From positions 192,001 to 256,000 of the forward strand of contig CBDHDF010000007.1 of NCBI GenBank assembly GCA_965261545.1: a stretch of 64,000 nt of DNA. Direction: 5' to 3'. This document shows positions 11,967 through 21,238 of this stretch, in pieces (the stretch's first letter is position 1; every line of letters begins with the position of its first letter). Made by a program: the position numbers and the translations under genes. This stretch comes from Bdellovibrionales bacterium (lineage in GTDB: Bacteria; Bdellovibrionota; Bdellovibrionia; Bdellovibrionales; UBA1609). Below the pieces are notes generated by a model. It had not been told where the DNA came from. It saw nothing but the letters and a program-made list of their open reading frames with translations, and did not search any database.

Positions 11967-13076
11967 CTAGTGCTTTGTGAGCGGTTTGTTGGCGTGGGCC
12001 TTCTTTTCTGAAGGGGCCTGTGCCGCAGTCGTCTTCATGGCCTCTTGACCCTGAGTTTTCAAGGAGGCGAGACCATAAGCTTCCAAAATTTTCCCTTGAA
12101 TTTCTTCTTTCATATCGGTATGGGTTTTGAGAAATTCCTTAGAGGCATCGCGACCTTGGCCTAAGCGCTCGCCGCTGTAGCTGTACCAAGATCCTGACTT
12201 ATCAACAATATTCTTTTTAACTCCAAGATCGAGCATATCTCCCTCTTCAGAAAATCCTTCCCCATACATGAGATCAAACTCCACTTTTTGGAAGGGAGGA
12301 GCCATCTTATTTTTGACAACTTTGACAGATGTGCGGTTGCCAATGACCTCTTCACCTTTTTTAATGGCACCAATGCGGCGAACATCGAGGCGAACTGAGG
12401 AGTAAAACTTAAGGGCATTTCCCCCTGTTGTGGTTTCGGGGTTGCCAAACATAACACCTATTTTCATGCGTATTTGGTTAATAAAAATAATCAGTGTATT
12501 GCTGCGGCTAATGGCTCCTGCCAATTTACGTAGAGCCTGGGACATCAAGCGAGCCTGCAACCCCATGTGACTGTCTCCCATGTCACCCTCAATTTCTGCC
12601 CGTGGAGTGAGGGCAGCTACAGAGTCCACAACCAAAACATCAATGGCTGCGGATCGGACAAGGGTTTCAGTGATTTCTAGGGCTTGTTCACCTGTATCTG
12701 GTTGAGAAATAAGCATTTCATCCGCTTTGACTCCAAGTTTCTTGGCGTAGGAGATATCGAGGGCATGTTCGGCATCGATAAAGGCCACTGCGCCCCCTGC
12801 TTTTTGAGCCTGTGCGATCGCGGAGAGGGCTAAAGTTGTTTTTCCTGAACTTTCAGGACCATAGACCTCAACAATTCGCCCCCTAGGGAGACCACCAATG
12901 CCCAAAGCAATATCCAAACTCAAGGCCCCTGTTTTCACCACAGGAATATCTTTATAAAGACTTTGATCTCCTCCAAGCTTCATAATAGAGCCCTTGCCAA
13001 ACTGCTTTTCAATGGCTGAAATGGCAAGATCAAGGGCACGCCCTTTTTCTAAAGTATTGTTGTTCACTGTTGTCAT
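11967..13076 (-). CDS. recA: Recombinase RecA
   Basis: [48 protein letters not shown]. Start placed at ATG 13076 after an AAGGAGG RBS. Confidence 0.99.
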   Translation of the reverse strand: MTTVNNNTLEKGRALDLAISAIEKQFGKGSIMKLGGDQSLYKDIPVVKTGALSLDIALGIGGLPRGRIVEVYGPESSGKTTLALSAIAQAQKAGGAVAFIDAEHALDISYAKKLGVKADEMLISQPDTGEQALEITETLVRSAAIDVLVVDSVAALTPRAEIEGDMGDSHMGLQARLMSQALRKLAGAISRSNTLIIFINQIRMKIGVMFGNPETTTGGNALKFYSSVRLDVRRIGAIKKGEEVIGNRTSVKVVKNKMAPPFQKVEFDLMYGEGFSEEGDMLDLGVKKNIVDKSGSWYSYSGERLGQGRDASKEFLKTHTDMKEEIQGKILEAYGLASLKTQGQEAMKTTAAQAPSEKKAHANKPLTKH

Positions 13077-13320
13077 AGAAGACCTCCTTTGTAGGTGCTT
13101 GTGGGCCAATAACGAAGAAATGAAGAGCCTAAATGTGCTGCTCAGAGGTAAGCAAGATACTCTGGCAAGTTTTCTCTGCCTCTTACTGGCTTGTGTCCAT
13201 TTTTGTTTTGTTTTATTTTTATTTATCTTTTTTATCTTTTACATCTTTTTTAGGTCCTTTATGGATGATTAGCGAATATGCAAATTCATTGCCATGACCA
13301 TTGCCACTCCATCTGTTGTG

Positions 13321-13779
13321 TTAAAGTCTTCCCAGCCAATTTGTTTGTACCAGCATAACCTGTAAAATAAAATTTGTGATCACCCCCGCAAGAATATCAT
13401 CGGCCACAACCCCCAGTCCTCCTTGAATGTGACGGTCTATATAGCTCAAAGGAAAAGGCTTCAGTCCGTCAAGTATTCGAAAAATCACAAAAGCAAAAAG
13501 AAAAGACTGCCAAGTCACTGGTAGCCAAGTCATGGCAACAGCGTATCCAGCCACCTCATCAATAACAATTTCACGGCTATCATGCACGTCATATTTGTTT
13601 TCAAAAGCCTGGGCCACAAAAATGGCAACAAGTGTTAGAAGTAGAGTGGCTAATATGTACCCTGTATGTCCCCCGCAAAGAAAAACCATGGCCAAGGGAA
13701 TCCCCCCGAGGGTGCCCACTGTTCCAGGTATCCAAGGAGATCGGCCTAAATAAAAAAAAGTCGCCAATAACCGAACCAC
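13321..13779 (-). CDS. pgpA: Phosphatidylglycerophosphatase A
   Basis: PGTVGT, IVIDEVAG, FRILDGLKPFP, GGLGVVADDILAG. Confidence 0.93.
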   Translation of the reverse strand: MVRLLATFFYLGRSPWIPGTVGTLGGIPLAMVFLCGGHTGYILATLLLTLVAIFVAQAFENKYDVHDSREIVIDEVAGYAVAMTWLPVTWQSFLFAFVIFRILDGLKPFPLSYIDRHIQGGLGVVADDILAGVITNFILQVMLVQTNWLGRL

Positions 13780-13970
13780 GGACCTAGACTAACAGCATAT
13801 GTGCTGGGAACCTAGTCCTAGTATCTACAAATTTTTTATTGTGGGGATTGTGCATAATTTTTAAGCATTTTAACGCATTCATACAAGTTTTAAGGTGGCT
13901 TTCACTTCCACAATAACAACCCACAACGACAATTCACAGCGACAATTTCGATTGTTCCTTTTGTCTAAAA

Positions 13971-15275
13971 ATGGTGTTCGTAAAACTTTGGTACATGACA
14001 GGGGGGCCGGAGACTCTTAAAGTAGATTTTATGCTTAAAGATATTCTCATGATAGCTGTCCGGAGAGGGGCCAGCGATATTCACCTCAAAGCTGGCACAC
14101 CTGCGGTGATTCGTAAGCATGGAGTTCTCCAACCCCTTGTCAAAGATGGTCCCGTGGTCAGCACCGAAGAAATTGAAAAAATCGCTTTTTCAGTGATGAA
14201 TAAAAGCCAAAAGGAAATGTTCTTAGAAAAGTATCAGGTGGATATTGGCTTCGGGATTTCAGGTCTTGGACGATTTAGGTTCAATATTTTTAAGCAACGG
14301 GGGAGTATGCGTATTGTGGTGAGAACCATCTCGATGAGTATTCCCTCTCTTCCCTCCTTGAATCTTCCTAAAGTTGTAGAGCATTTAACAACATCAAAGC
14401 GAGGGCTCATATTAGTCACTGGGGTGACTGGCGCTGGCAAATCCACAACCATTGCTTCTATGGTGAACCATATGAATAGCAATTTCTGTCGTCATATCCT
14501 TACCATTGAAGACCCCATTGAGTTTCTCATCAAAGACCAAAAGAGCCTCGTGACTCAAAGAGAACTAGGCAGTGATGCGGTCAGCTTTCCAGAAGCTCTT
14601 AAGGCTTCTCTGCGCCAGGACCCCGATGTTATTTTTATTGGGGAGATGAGAGATATGGAAACTGTGGACACAGCCCTTCTTGCTGCGGCCACGGGACACC
14701 TTGTCGTTTCCACTCTTCACACCCTCCACTCCACAGAAACCATCAATCGAATCCTTGGTTTTTTTCCTGCGGAGAAGCACCAGCAAGTGAGATTTCAGTT
14801 GGCCTCTGTTCTCAGGGCTGTCATCAGTCAGCGCTTGACCAACAAGCCGGAGGGTCAGGGCTTCGCCCCTGCGGTGGAAATTCTTATCAACAATGCAAGA
14901 ATAAGAGAGATGATCGAAGTTCCCGAAAGGACAGCTGAGATACCCAAGGCTCTCGAAGAGGGAGGAGCCACCTATGGAATGCAAACCTTTGACCAGAGCC
15001 TTACTCAACTTGTTTCCAAAAAAATTATTTCCTATGAGGAGGCCATGCGCCATGCCACATCCCCTGAAGATTTTGCCATCAAGCATTCGGGCGTGATTCA
15101 CTCCAACGCAGGTAATGACCCACACGAGGAGGGAGTTACTAGCAACTACAATCAGCGCATCCAAAGCAAATGGCATAACCTCACTTCTGTAGAACTTGAA
15201 AATATTGATGAAAATACTTCTGAAACCGACAAAGACCTGCGTATTAAAAAACGCAAGTTTGGATCTAAAAGATAA
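13971..15275 (+). CDS. pilT: PilT/PilU-family type IV pilus retraction ATPase
   Basis: ASDIHL, GVTGAGKSTT, TIEDPIE, LRQDPDVIFIGEMRD, TGHLVVSTLH, GMQTFDQ. Confidence 0.85.
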   Translation: MVFVKLWYMTGGPETLKVDFMLKDILMIAVRRGASDIHLKAGTPAVIRKHGVLQPLVKDGPVVSTEEIEKIAFSVMNKSQKEMFLEKYQVDIGFGISGLGRFRFNIFKQRGSMRIVVRTISMSIPSLPSLNLPKVVEHLTTSKRGLILVTGVTGAGKSTTIASMVNHMNSNFCRHILTIEDPIEFLIKDQKSLVTQRELGSDAVSFPEALKASLRQDPDVIFIGEMRDMETVDTALLAAATGHLVVSTLHTLHSTETINRILGFFPAEKHQQVRFQLASVLRAVISQRLTNKPEGQGFAPAVEILINNARIREMIEVPERTAEIPKALEEGGATYGMQTFDQSLTQLVSKKIISYEEAMRHATSPEDFAIKHSGVIHSNAGNDPHEEGVTSNYNQRIQSKWHNLTSVELENIDENTSETDKDLRIKKRKFGSKR

Positions 15276-15333
15276 AAGAAATGTACTAAGATGCGGCCTC
15301 AGATGTTTGCTATATCCGATGTTTTCTCTATTC

Positions 15334-18300
15334 TCATTGGGGAGTGACAGTGGCAGATCTAGAGATAAGACTGTTGCTATCAGAGCTATTCACCGCTCGT
15401 ACTTGAAAGGTGTAAAGTGTCCTATTGGTAAGAGAAGTCACCACGTAGTATGTTCCATTTCTTTGATTTGGAGCACTATTTGGAATATCCTCCCAACTTC
15501 CGTACCCTTGTGTACCTGCTGTTTTTTTTCGATACTGATGTTTTATAATGGGAAATCCACCATCACTTGTTGGCGGCTGCCAGGTTAAAAAAGTTCTGCC
15601 ATCTCTAGGGTTTGCAATGAGGTTACTAGGAGATGGGAAGGTTAAATTCTGGGTTGTTTCTGGTGTGACAGTTACACTGGAGGAATCGCTTTCATTGGTG
15701 ATAATATTCACCGCTCGCACTTGAAAGCTGTAGCGTGTTCCGTTGGTGAGAGAAGTCACCAGGTAGCTTATTCCATTGGATTCACTGGGAGCACTCATTG
15801 GAATATCCTCCCAATTTTCGTACTGTTGTGCATTTTCTTCTTTTTTTCGATACTGATGCTTTGTGATGTAATGTCCACCATCACTTATCGGAAGCTGCCA
15901 GGTTAAATAAGCTCCGCCATTTCTGGGGTTTGCGATGAGGTTTCTAGGAGGTGCTAAACTCTGGGTTGTCGCTGGTGTGACAGTTGCGCCGGAGGGACTG
16001 CTTTCATGAGTGCTATTCACTACTCGCACTTGAAAGCTGTAACGGGTCCCATTGGCGAGAGAAGTCACCCAGTGGCGTTGTCCATAGGATTCATTGGGAG
16101 CACTATTTGGAATATTCTTCCAACTTTCGTATTGCTGTGCACCTTCTGCTTTTCTTCGATACTGATGCTTTGTGATGGGAATTCCACCGTCACTTGTTGA
16201 CGGCTGCCAGGTTAAATAAGCTCCTTGATTCCGAGGGTTTGCGATGAGGTTTCTAGGAGATGCTAAACTCTGGATTGTTGCTGGTGTGACAGTTGCAACA
16301 TTGGAGGAACGACTTTCATTGGCGTTATTCACCGCTCGCACTTGGAAGTTATAAATCGTCCCGTTGGCGAGAGAAGTCACCAGGTAGCTTATTCCATTGG
16401 ATTCACTGGGAGTACTCGTTGGAATATTCTTCCAATTTCCGTACTGTTGTGCATTTTCTTCTTTTTTTCGATACTGATGCTTTGTGATGGAAATTCCACC
16501 GTCACTTGTTGACGGCCGCCAGGTTAAATAAGTTCCTTGATTCCGAGGGTTTGCAATGAGATGAGTGGGAGACGAAACAGCTAAACTCTGGGTTGTCGCT
16601 GGTGTGACAGTTGTAACATTGGAGGAACGGTTTTTATTGGCACTATTCACCGCTCGCACTTGGAAGTTATACATCGTCCCGTTGGCGAGAGAAGTCACCA
16701 AGTAGCTTATTCCATTGGATCCACGGGGAGCACTCGTTGGAATATTCTTCCAATTTCCGTACTGATGCTGTGCGCCTGTTGTTTTTTTTCGATACTGATG
16801 TCTTATGATGGAAAATCCACCATCACTTGTTGATGGCTGCCAGGTTAAATAAGCTCCTTGATTCCGAGGGTTTGCGATGAGGTTTCTAGGAGGTGCTAAA
16901 ATCTGAGTTGTCGCTGGTGTGACAGTTGCAACATTGGAGGAACGACTTTCATTGGCGTTCACCGCTCGCACTTGAACATTGTAGCGTGTCCCATTGGTGA
17001 GGGTCACCCAGTGGCGTTGTCCATTGGATTCATTGGGAGCACTATTTGGAATATCCTTCCAACTTTCGTATTGCTGTGCACCTGCTGCTTTTTTTCGATA
17101 CTGATGCTTTAATATGGGAGTTCCACCATCACTTATTGAAGGCTGCCAGGTTAAATAAGTTCCTTGATTCCGAGGGTTTGCGATGAGATGAGTTGGAGAT
17201 GAAAAGGCTAAACTCTGGGTTGTCACTGGGGTAACAGTTACACTGGAGGGATCGCTTTCATTGGCGTTATTCATCGCTCGCACTTGAACATGATAGCGTG
17301 TCCCATTGGTGAGAGAAGTCACCAGGTAGCGTATTCCATTGGATTCATTGGGAGCGCTCATTGGAATATTTTTCCAATTTCCGTATTGCTGTGCACCTGC
17401 TGCTTTTTTTCGATACTGATGTTTTATGATGGAGGATCCACCATCACTTATCGAAGGTTGCCAGGTTAAATAAGCTCCGCCATTTCTGGGGTTTGCGATG
17501 AGGTTTCTAGGAGGTGCTAAACTCTGGGTTGTCGCTGGTGTGACCGTTGTAACATTAGAAGAACGACTTTTATTATTGTCACCATTCATCGCTCGCACTT
17601 GAACATGATAATGTGTTCCATTGGTGAGGGTCACCCAGTGGCGTTGTCCATTGGATTCATTGGGAGCACTATTTGGAATATCCTTCCAACTTTCGTACTG
17701 CTGTGCACCTGCTGCTTTTTTTCGATACTGATGCTTTAATATGGGAGTTCCACCATCACTTATTGAAGGCTGCCAGGTTAAATAAGTTCCGCCATTTCTG
17801 GGGTTTGCGATGAGGTTTCTAGGAGGTGCTAAACTTTGGGTTGTCACTGGGGTAACAGTGACACTGGAGGGATCGCTTTCATTGGCGTTATTCATCGCTC
17901 GCACTTGAACATGGTAGCGTGTCCCATTGGTGAGAGAAGGTACTAGATAGCCTATTCCATTGGATTGATTGGGAGCACTATTTGGAATATCTTTCCAACT
18001 TCCGTACTGTTGTGCACCTGCTGCTTTTTTTCGATACTGATATTTTATAATGGGAATTCCACCGTCACTTATTGAAGACCGCCAGGTTAAATAGGCTTCA
18101 CCATCTCTAGGGTTTGCGATAAGGCTTCTAGGAGACCCTAAAATCTGGATTGTCGTTGGTGTGACAGTTGCAACATTGGTTGAACGATTCTTATTGGCAC
18201 TGTTTACTACTCGCACTTGAAAAGTGCAAGGCTGCCCATTGGTGAGAGGAGCGACAAAGTAGCGCATTCCATTGGATTGATTGGGAGCACTATTTGGAAT

Positions 18301-19194
18301 ATCTTTCCACCTTCCGTACTGTTGTGCACCTGCTGCTTTTTTTCGATACTGATGTTTTATAATGGGAACTCCACCGTCATTTATCGAAGACTGCCATGTT
18401 AAATAGGCTCCTTGGTTCCTAGGGTTTGCCATGAGGTTTCTAGGGAGTGCTAAACTTTGGGTTGTCGCGGGTGTGACAGTTGCAACATTGGAGGAGTGAC
18501 TTTCATTGGCGTTATTCACCGCTCGCACTTGAACATTGTAACGTGTCCCGTTGGTGAGAGAAGGTAGTACTAGATAGCCTATTCCATTGGATTGATTGGG
18601 AGCACTCATTGGAATATCTTCCCAACTTCCGTACTGCTGTACACCTTCTTCTTTTTTTCGATACTGATGCTTTGATATGGGAGTTCCACCGTTATTTACT
18701 GAAGGTTGCCAGGTTAAGTAAGCTCTTTGATTCCTAGGGTTTGCAATGAGGTTTCTAGGGGCTGAGGGGATGGTTGAAATTCGAGAGGTTGCATTTGGTG
18801 TCACTATGGTAGCATTCGAAGGAGTGCTTACAGTGCCAAAAGCATTCTCTCCCCGCACTTGAAAGTTGTAGCGTGTCTCGTTGGTGAGACCCATGACGGT
18901 GAATATTGCTTCATGAATGTCCCCGTAGGAACTGTTGGGAATATCCACCCAGCTTTCGTACACTTCTGATTCTACTTTTTTTCGATATTGATGTTTTGTA
19001 ATACTTTCTTTTTGATTACTAGTGGAAGTTCTCCAAGACAAAGTTGCCTGTCCATCTCCGGGTGCTGCCGTCAAGGTATATTTGATTTTTATCGGCTTCT
19101 CAGAAATGTAAGACTTGTCTTTACTACAACCCAAGCATAAAAAATATAAAAGTATAACAATAGATACACTAAAATTCTTTATTAAATTATTCAT
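15334..19194 (-). CDS. Surface lipoprotein with about 12 tandem fibronectin type III domains
   Basis: Lipobox LCLGC. Twelve ~100-aa repeats PRNLIANP...LTW...HQYRKK...LTNGTRY.FQVRAVN. Confidence 0.9.
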   Translation of the reverse strand: MNNLIKNFSVSIVILLYFLCLGCSKDKSYISEKPIKIKYTLTAAPGDGQATLSWRTSTSNQKESITKHQYRKKVESEVYESWVDIPNSSYGDIHEAIFTVMGLTNETRYNFQVRGENAFGTVSTPSNATIVTPNATSRISTIPSAPRNLIANPRNQRAYLTWQPSVNNGGTPISKHQYRKKEEGVQQYGSWEDIPMSAPNQSNGIGYLVLPSLTNGTRYNVQVRAVNNANESHSSNVATVTPATTQSLALPRNLMANPRNQGAYLTWQSSINDGGVPIIKHQYRKKAAGAQQYGRWKDIPNSAPNQSNGMRYFVAPLTNGQPCTFQVRVVNSANKNRSTNVATVTPTTIQILGSPRSLIANPRDGEAYLTWRSSISDGGIPIIKYQYRKKAAGAQQYGSWKDIPNSAPNQSNGIGYLVPSLTNGTRYHVQVRAMNNANESDPSSVTVTPVTTQSLAPPRNLIANPRNGGTYLTWQPSISDGGTPILKHQYRKKAAGAQQYESWKDIPNSAPNESNGQRHWVTLTNGTHYHVQVRAMNGDNNKSRSSNVTTVTPATTQSLAPPRNLIANPRNGGAYLTWQPSISDGGSSIIKHQYRKKAAGAQQYGNWKNIPMSAPNESNGIRYLVTSLTNGTRYHVQVRAMNNANESDPSSVTVTPVTTQSLAFSSPTHLIANPRNQGTYLTWQPSISDGGTPILKHQYRKKAAGAQQYESWKDIPNSAPNESNGQRHWVTLTNGTRYNVQVRAVNANESRSSNVATVTPATTQILAPPRNLIANPRNQGAYLTWQPSTSDGGFSIIRHQYRKKTTGAQHQYGNWKNIPTSAPRGSNGISYLVTSLANGTMYNFQVRAVNSANKNRSSNVTTVTPATTQSLAVSSPTHLIANPRNQGTYLTWRPSTSDGGISITKHQYRKKEENAQQYGNWKNIPTSTPSESNGISYLVTSLANGTIYNFQVRAVNNANESRSSNVATVTPATIQSLASPRNLIANPRNQGAYLTWQPSTSDGGIPITKHQYRRKAEGAQQYESWKNIPNSAPNESYGQRHWVTSLANGTRYSFQVRVVNSTHESSPSGATVTPATTQSLAPPRNLIANPRNGGAYLTWQLPISDGGHYITKHQYRKKEENAQQYENWEDIPMSAPSESNGISYLVTSLTNGTRYSFQVRAVNIITNESDSSSVTVTPETTQNLTFPSPSNLIANPRDGRTFLTWQPPTSDGGFPIIKHQYRKKTAGTQGYGSWEDIPNSAPNQRNGTYYVVTSLTNRTLYTFQVRAVNSSDSNSLISRSATVTPQ

Positions 19195-19734
19195 GATTTT
19201 AACTCCTAGCCTATATACCTTTGTAGTAATATCTGAATCATCTTTTTCTCGTTTGTTAAATTTTAAGACTTCTCATCAAAAATCGTCTCAATTTCATTAC
19301 TCGGCCATAAGTTAAGTAAACTTTAGAGCGTGTCCTTTGACTAAGCGCATCCAACCTGGAAAAACCAAAAACAGAACCAAAATCTAGGATGATAAAAAAG
19401 GTTGTTATGACACCAAAAATGGCCGGAAATTATGGAGGTTCACGACTCCCAGTCGCAGATCAAATCATCAAAGGAGTTACGTACCTGAATTCCCCAGCGT
19501 TTTGAAAAAGAAGATTTTTCTCAACTAAAAATTATCGTAACATTCATGGGGGCGCCTTGCTTCCCCACCCACGCCCATGAATCTTTCTAGGCCCCCACTT
19601 CTTTGCACGAAGCAACTCGGTGGACAGCTTCGCTGGTCTATATAATTGGCCTCTTTTAGTTACTCTGGACTTTTGATGGTATTTTTGTCATGTATGATTC
19701 CGATACAATAAAGGATAAAGCAATAACATTATTG

Positions 19735-19921
19735 GAAGGTGATAAGATGAGTGGCCGTTGAATAGATTGGTAATTTTAATTCCGTGAAGTAACATGGTCT
19801 TGAGCTTTGGATCGAACCCACGCATGTACCTGCACTCTGAGTGTATGGACGTATAGTAAGTTGACCTATTTTCGCTTTAGAATTTATGGCAAAATCCCAA
19901 GGCTCTAGTTTTATCACCTTC
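19735..19921 (+). ncRNA. Putative bridge RNA of the IS110 element
   Basis: Closing stem GAAGGTGATAA/TTATCACCTTC followed by T7. Inner stems GGCCGT/ATGGTC and GAGCTTTGG/CCAAGGCTC. Loop segments match the target and the donor junction (see findings). Confidence 0.75.
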
Positions 19922-19949
19922 TTTTTTTCTAACAGAAAGGAGGAGTCAT

Positions 19950-21150
19950 GTGGATATTATTTATAGTTCTGTTTGTGGAATAGATGTTCATCAACATATG
20001 TTGATGTGTACGATTGTCAAAGTGGAAGACGGTAAGAAGAAGTTTTTCACAAAAGAGTTCAAGAATTTTCCAAAAAATTTTCCTAGAATGCGCTCTTGGA
20101 TGAAGCCACATAAGGTTGAGAGAGTTCTTTTTGAGAGCACAGGGATTTATTGGAATTCTTTATACGATGATTTGACAGAAAAAGGTTATGAAGTAGATGT
20201 TATCAATGCCTTTCATGTCAAAAATATTACTGGTAAAAAAACTGACGTGTTGGATAGCCAGTGGATTGCAGAGCTTGGTGCTTGTGGTCTTCTAAGAGCT
20301 AGCTTCATTCCTCCACGTGAGATTCGTTCTATTAGACTTTTGGCTCGTTATCGTACAAAAACGATCCGCCAAATATCTTCGGAACAAAATCGTATGTATA
20401 AGGTTCTTGAATATTCAGGCATTCGTTTAACCTATGCAATGTCTAAAGCTGACTGCGTATCTGGTATGGCCATGATTCGTGCCATAGCTAATGGAGAGAG
20501 ATCAGTTTCTAAATTGATGTCTCTTGCCAGAGGGTCTTTACGTCAAAAGACCGAAGAATTTTCTTACGCCCTGTCGGGAAAGATGACGGAAGAAAATCGT
20601 TTTGTTCTTCAACGCATTCTTGATCGAATAGATTTTTTGAAAAAAGAATGCTCTCAAATTGAAGAAGAACTTTTCATTCGTATGAAACCCTATGAAAGGC
20701 AGTGGCATCTACTCCAGACTATACCTGGAATTGACGAATTAAGTGCAGCGCTTTTGATTGCAGAAATAGGAGGCAATGTGAAGTCTTTTAAAAATAAAGG
20801 AAATTTTTGCTCCTGGATGGGGATTTGCCCATCCAATAATGAGAGCGCAGGAAAAAAAGTCTTCACGAACGAGGAAAGCGAACACATATGTGAAATCGTT
20901 GGTATGTGAGATGGCCAATAGTGCTATTAAGACGAATTCACAATTCAAAGGCAAATACCAATCACTTGTTATAAGGCGTGGGCACAAGAGATCAGTGATT
21001 GCCGTTGGTCACAAAATGATGGGAGTTGTTTATTCAGTCATAAGTAATGACACCCCCTACAAAGACCCTGGAATTGACTATGAAAAGCTCATGGTGAAAA
21101 AAAATGCACCAAGGTGGATTAGAGCGTTAAAAAAGTATGATTTCATGTAA
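19950..21150 (+). CDS. IS110 DEDD recombinase split by a +1 frameshift at A7 (20852-20858)
   Basis: GIDVH, ESTGIYW, KTDVLD (DEDD), LLQTIPGI, NESAGK. Continues in another frame as KSSRTRKAN...AVGHK. About 399 aa if fused. Confidence 0.9.
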
Positions 21151-21238
21151 TGTAGGATGATTTAAAAACTCGGACATTTGAAAAAATTCGAAGAACGGAT
21201 AGTGGATTCGTGCGTCCAAACTACCCCGGAGATTCATA

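Noticed and set aside
15334..19194. Diversity-generating retroelement acting on the FN3 repeats
   Set aside because: No reverse transcriptase in the window, and repeat differences are not adenine-specific.
19325..19475. Possible IS end and short ORF start (AGAGCGTGTCC...ATGACACC)
   Set aside because: No partner IR or recognisable transposase sequence.
19567..19574. ACCCACGC shared between the left-end hairpin and 19816-19823 as an extra guide
   Set aside because: An 8-nt repeat within ~400 nt is near chance expectation.
19729..19917. 62-aa antisense ORF (MIKLEPW...) and 60-aa ORF (MWLHPR...) repeated in each IS110
   Set aside because: They recur only because the IS copies are identical. 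No recognisable domain, and the first overlaps the structured RNA.
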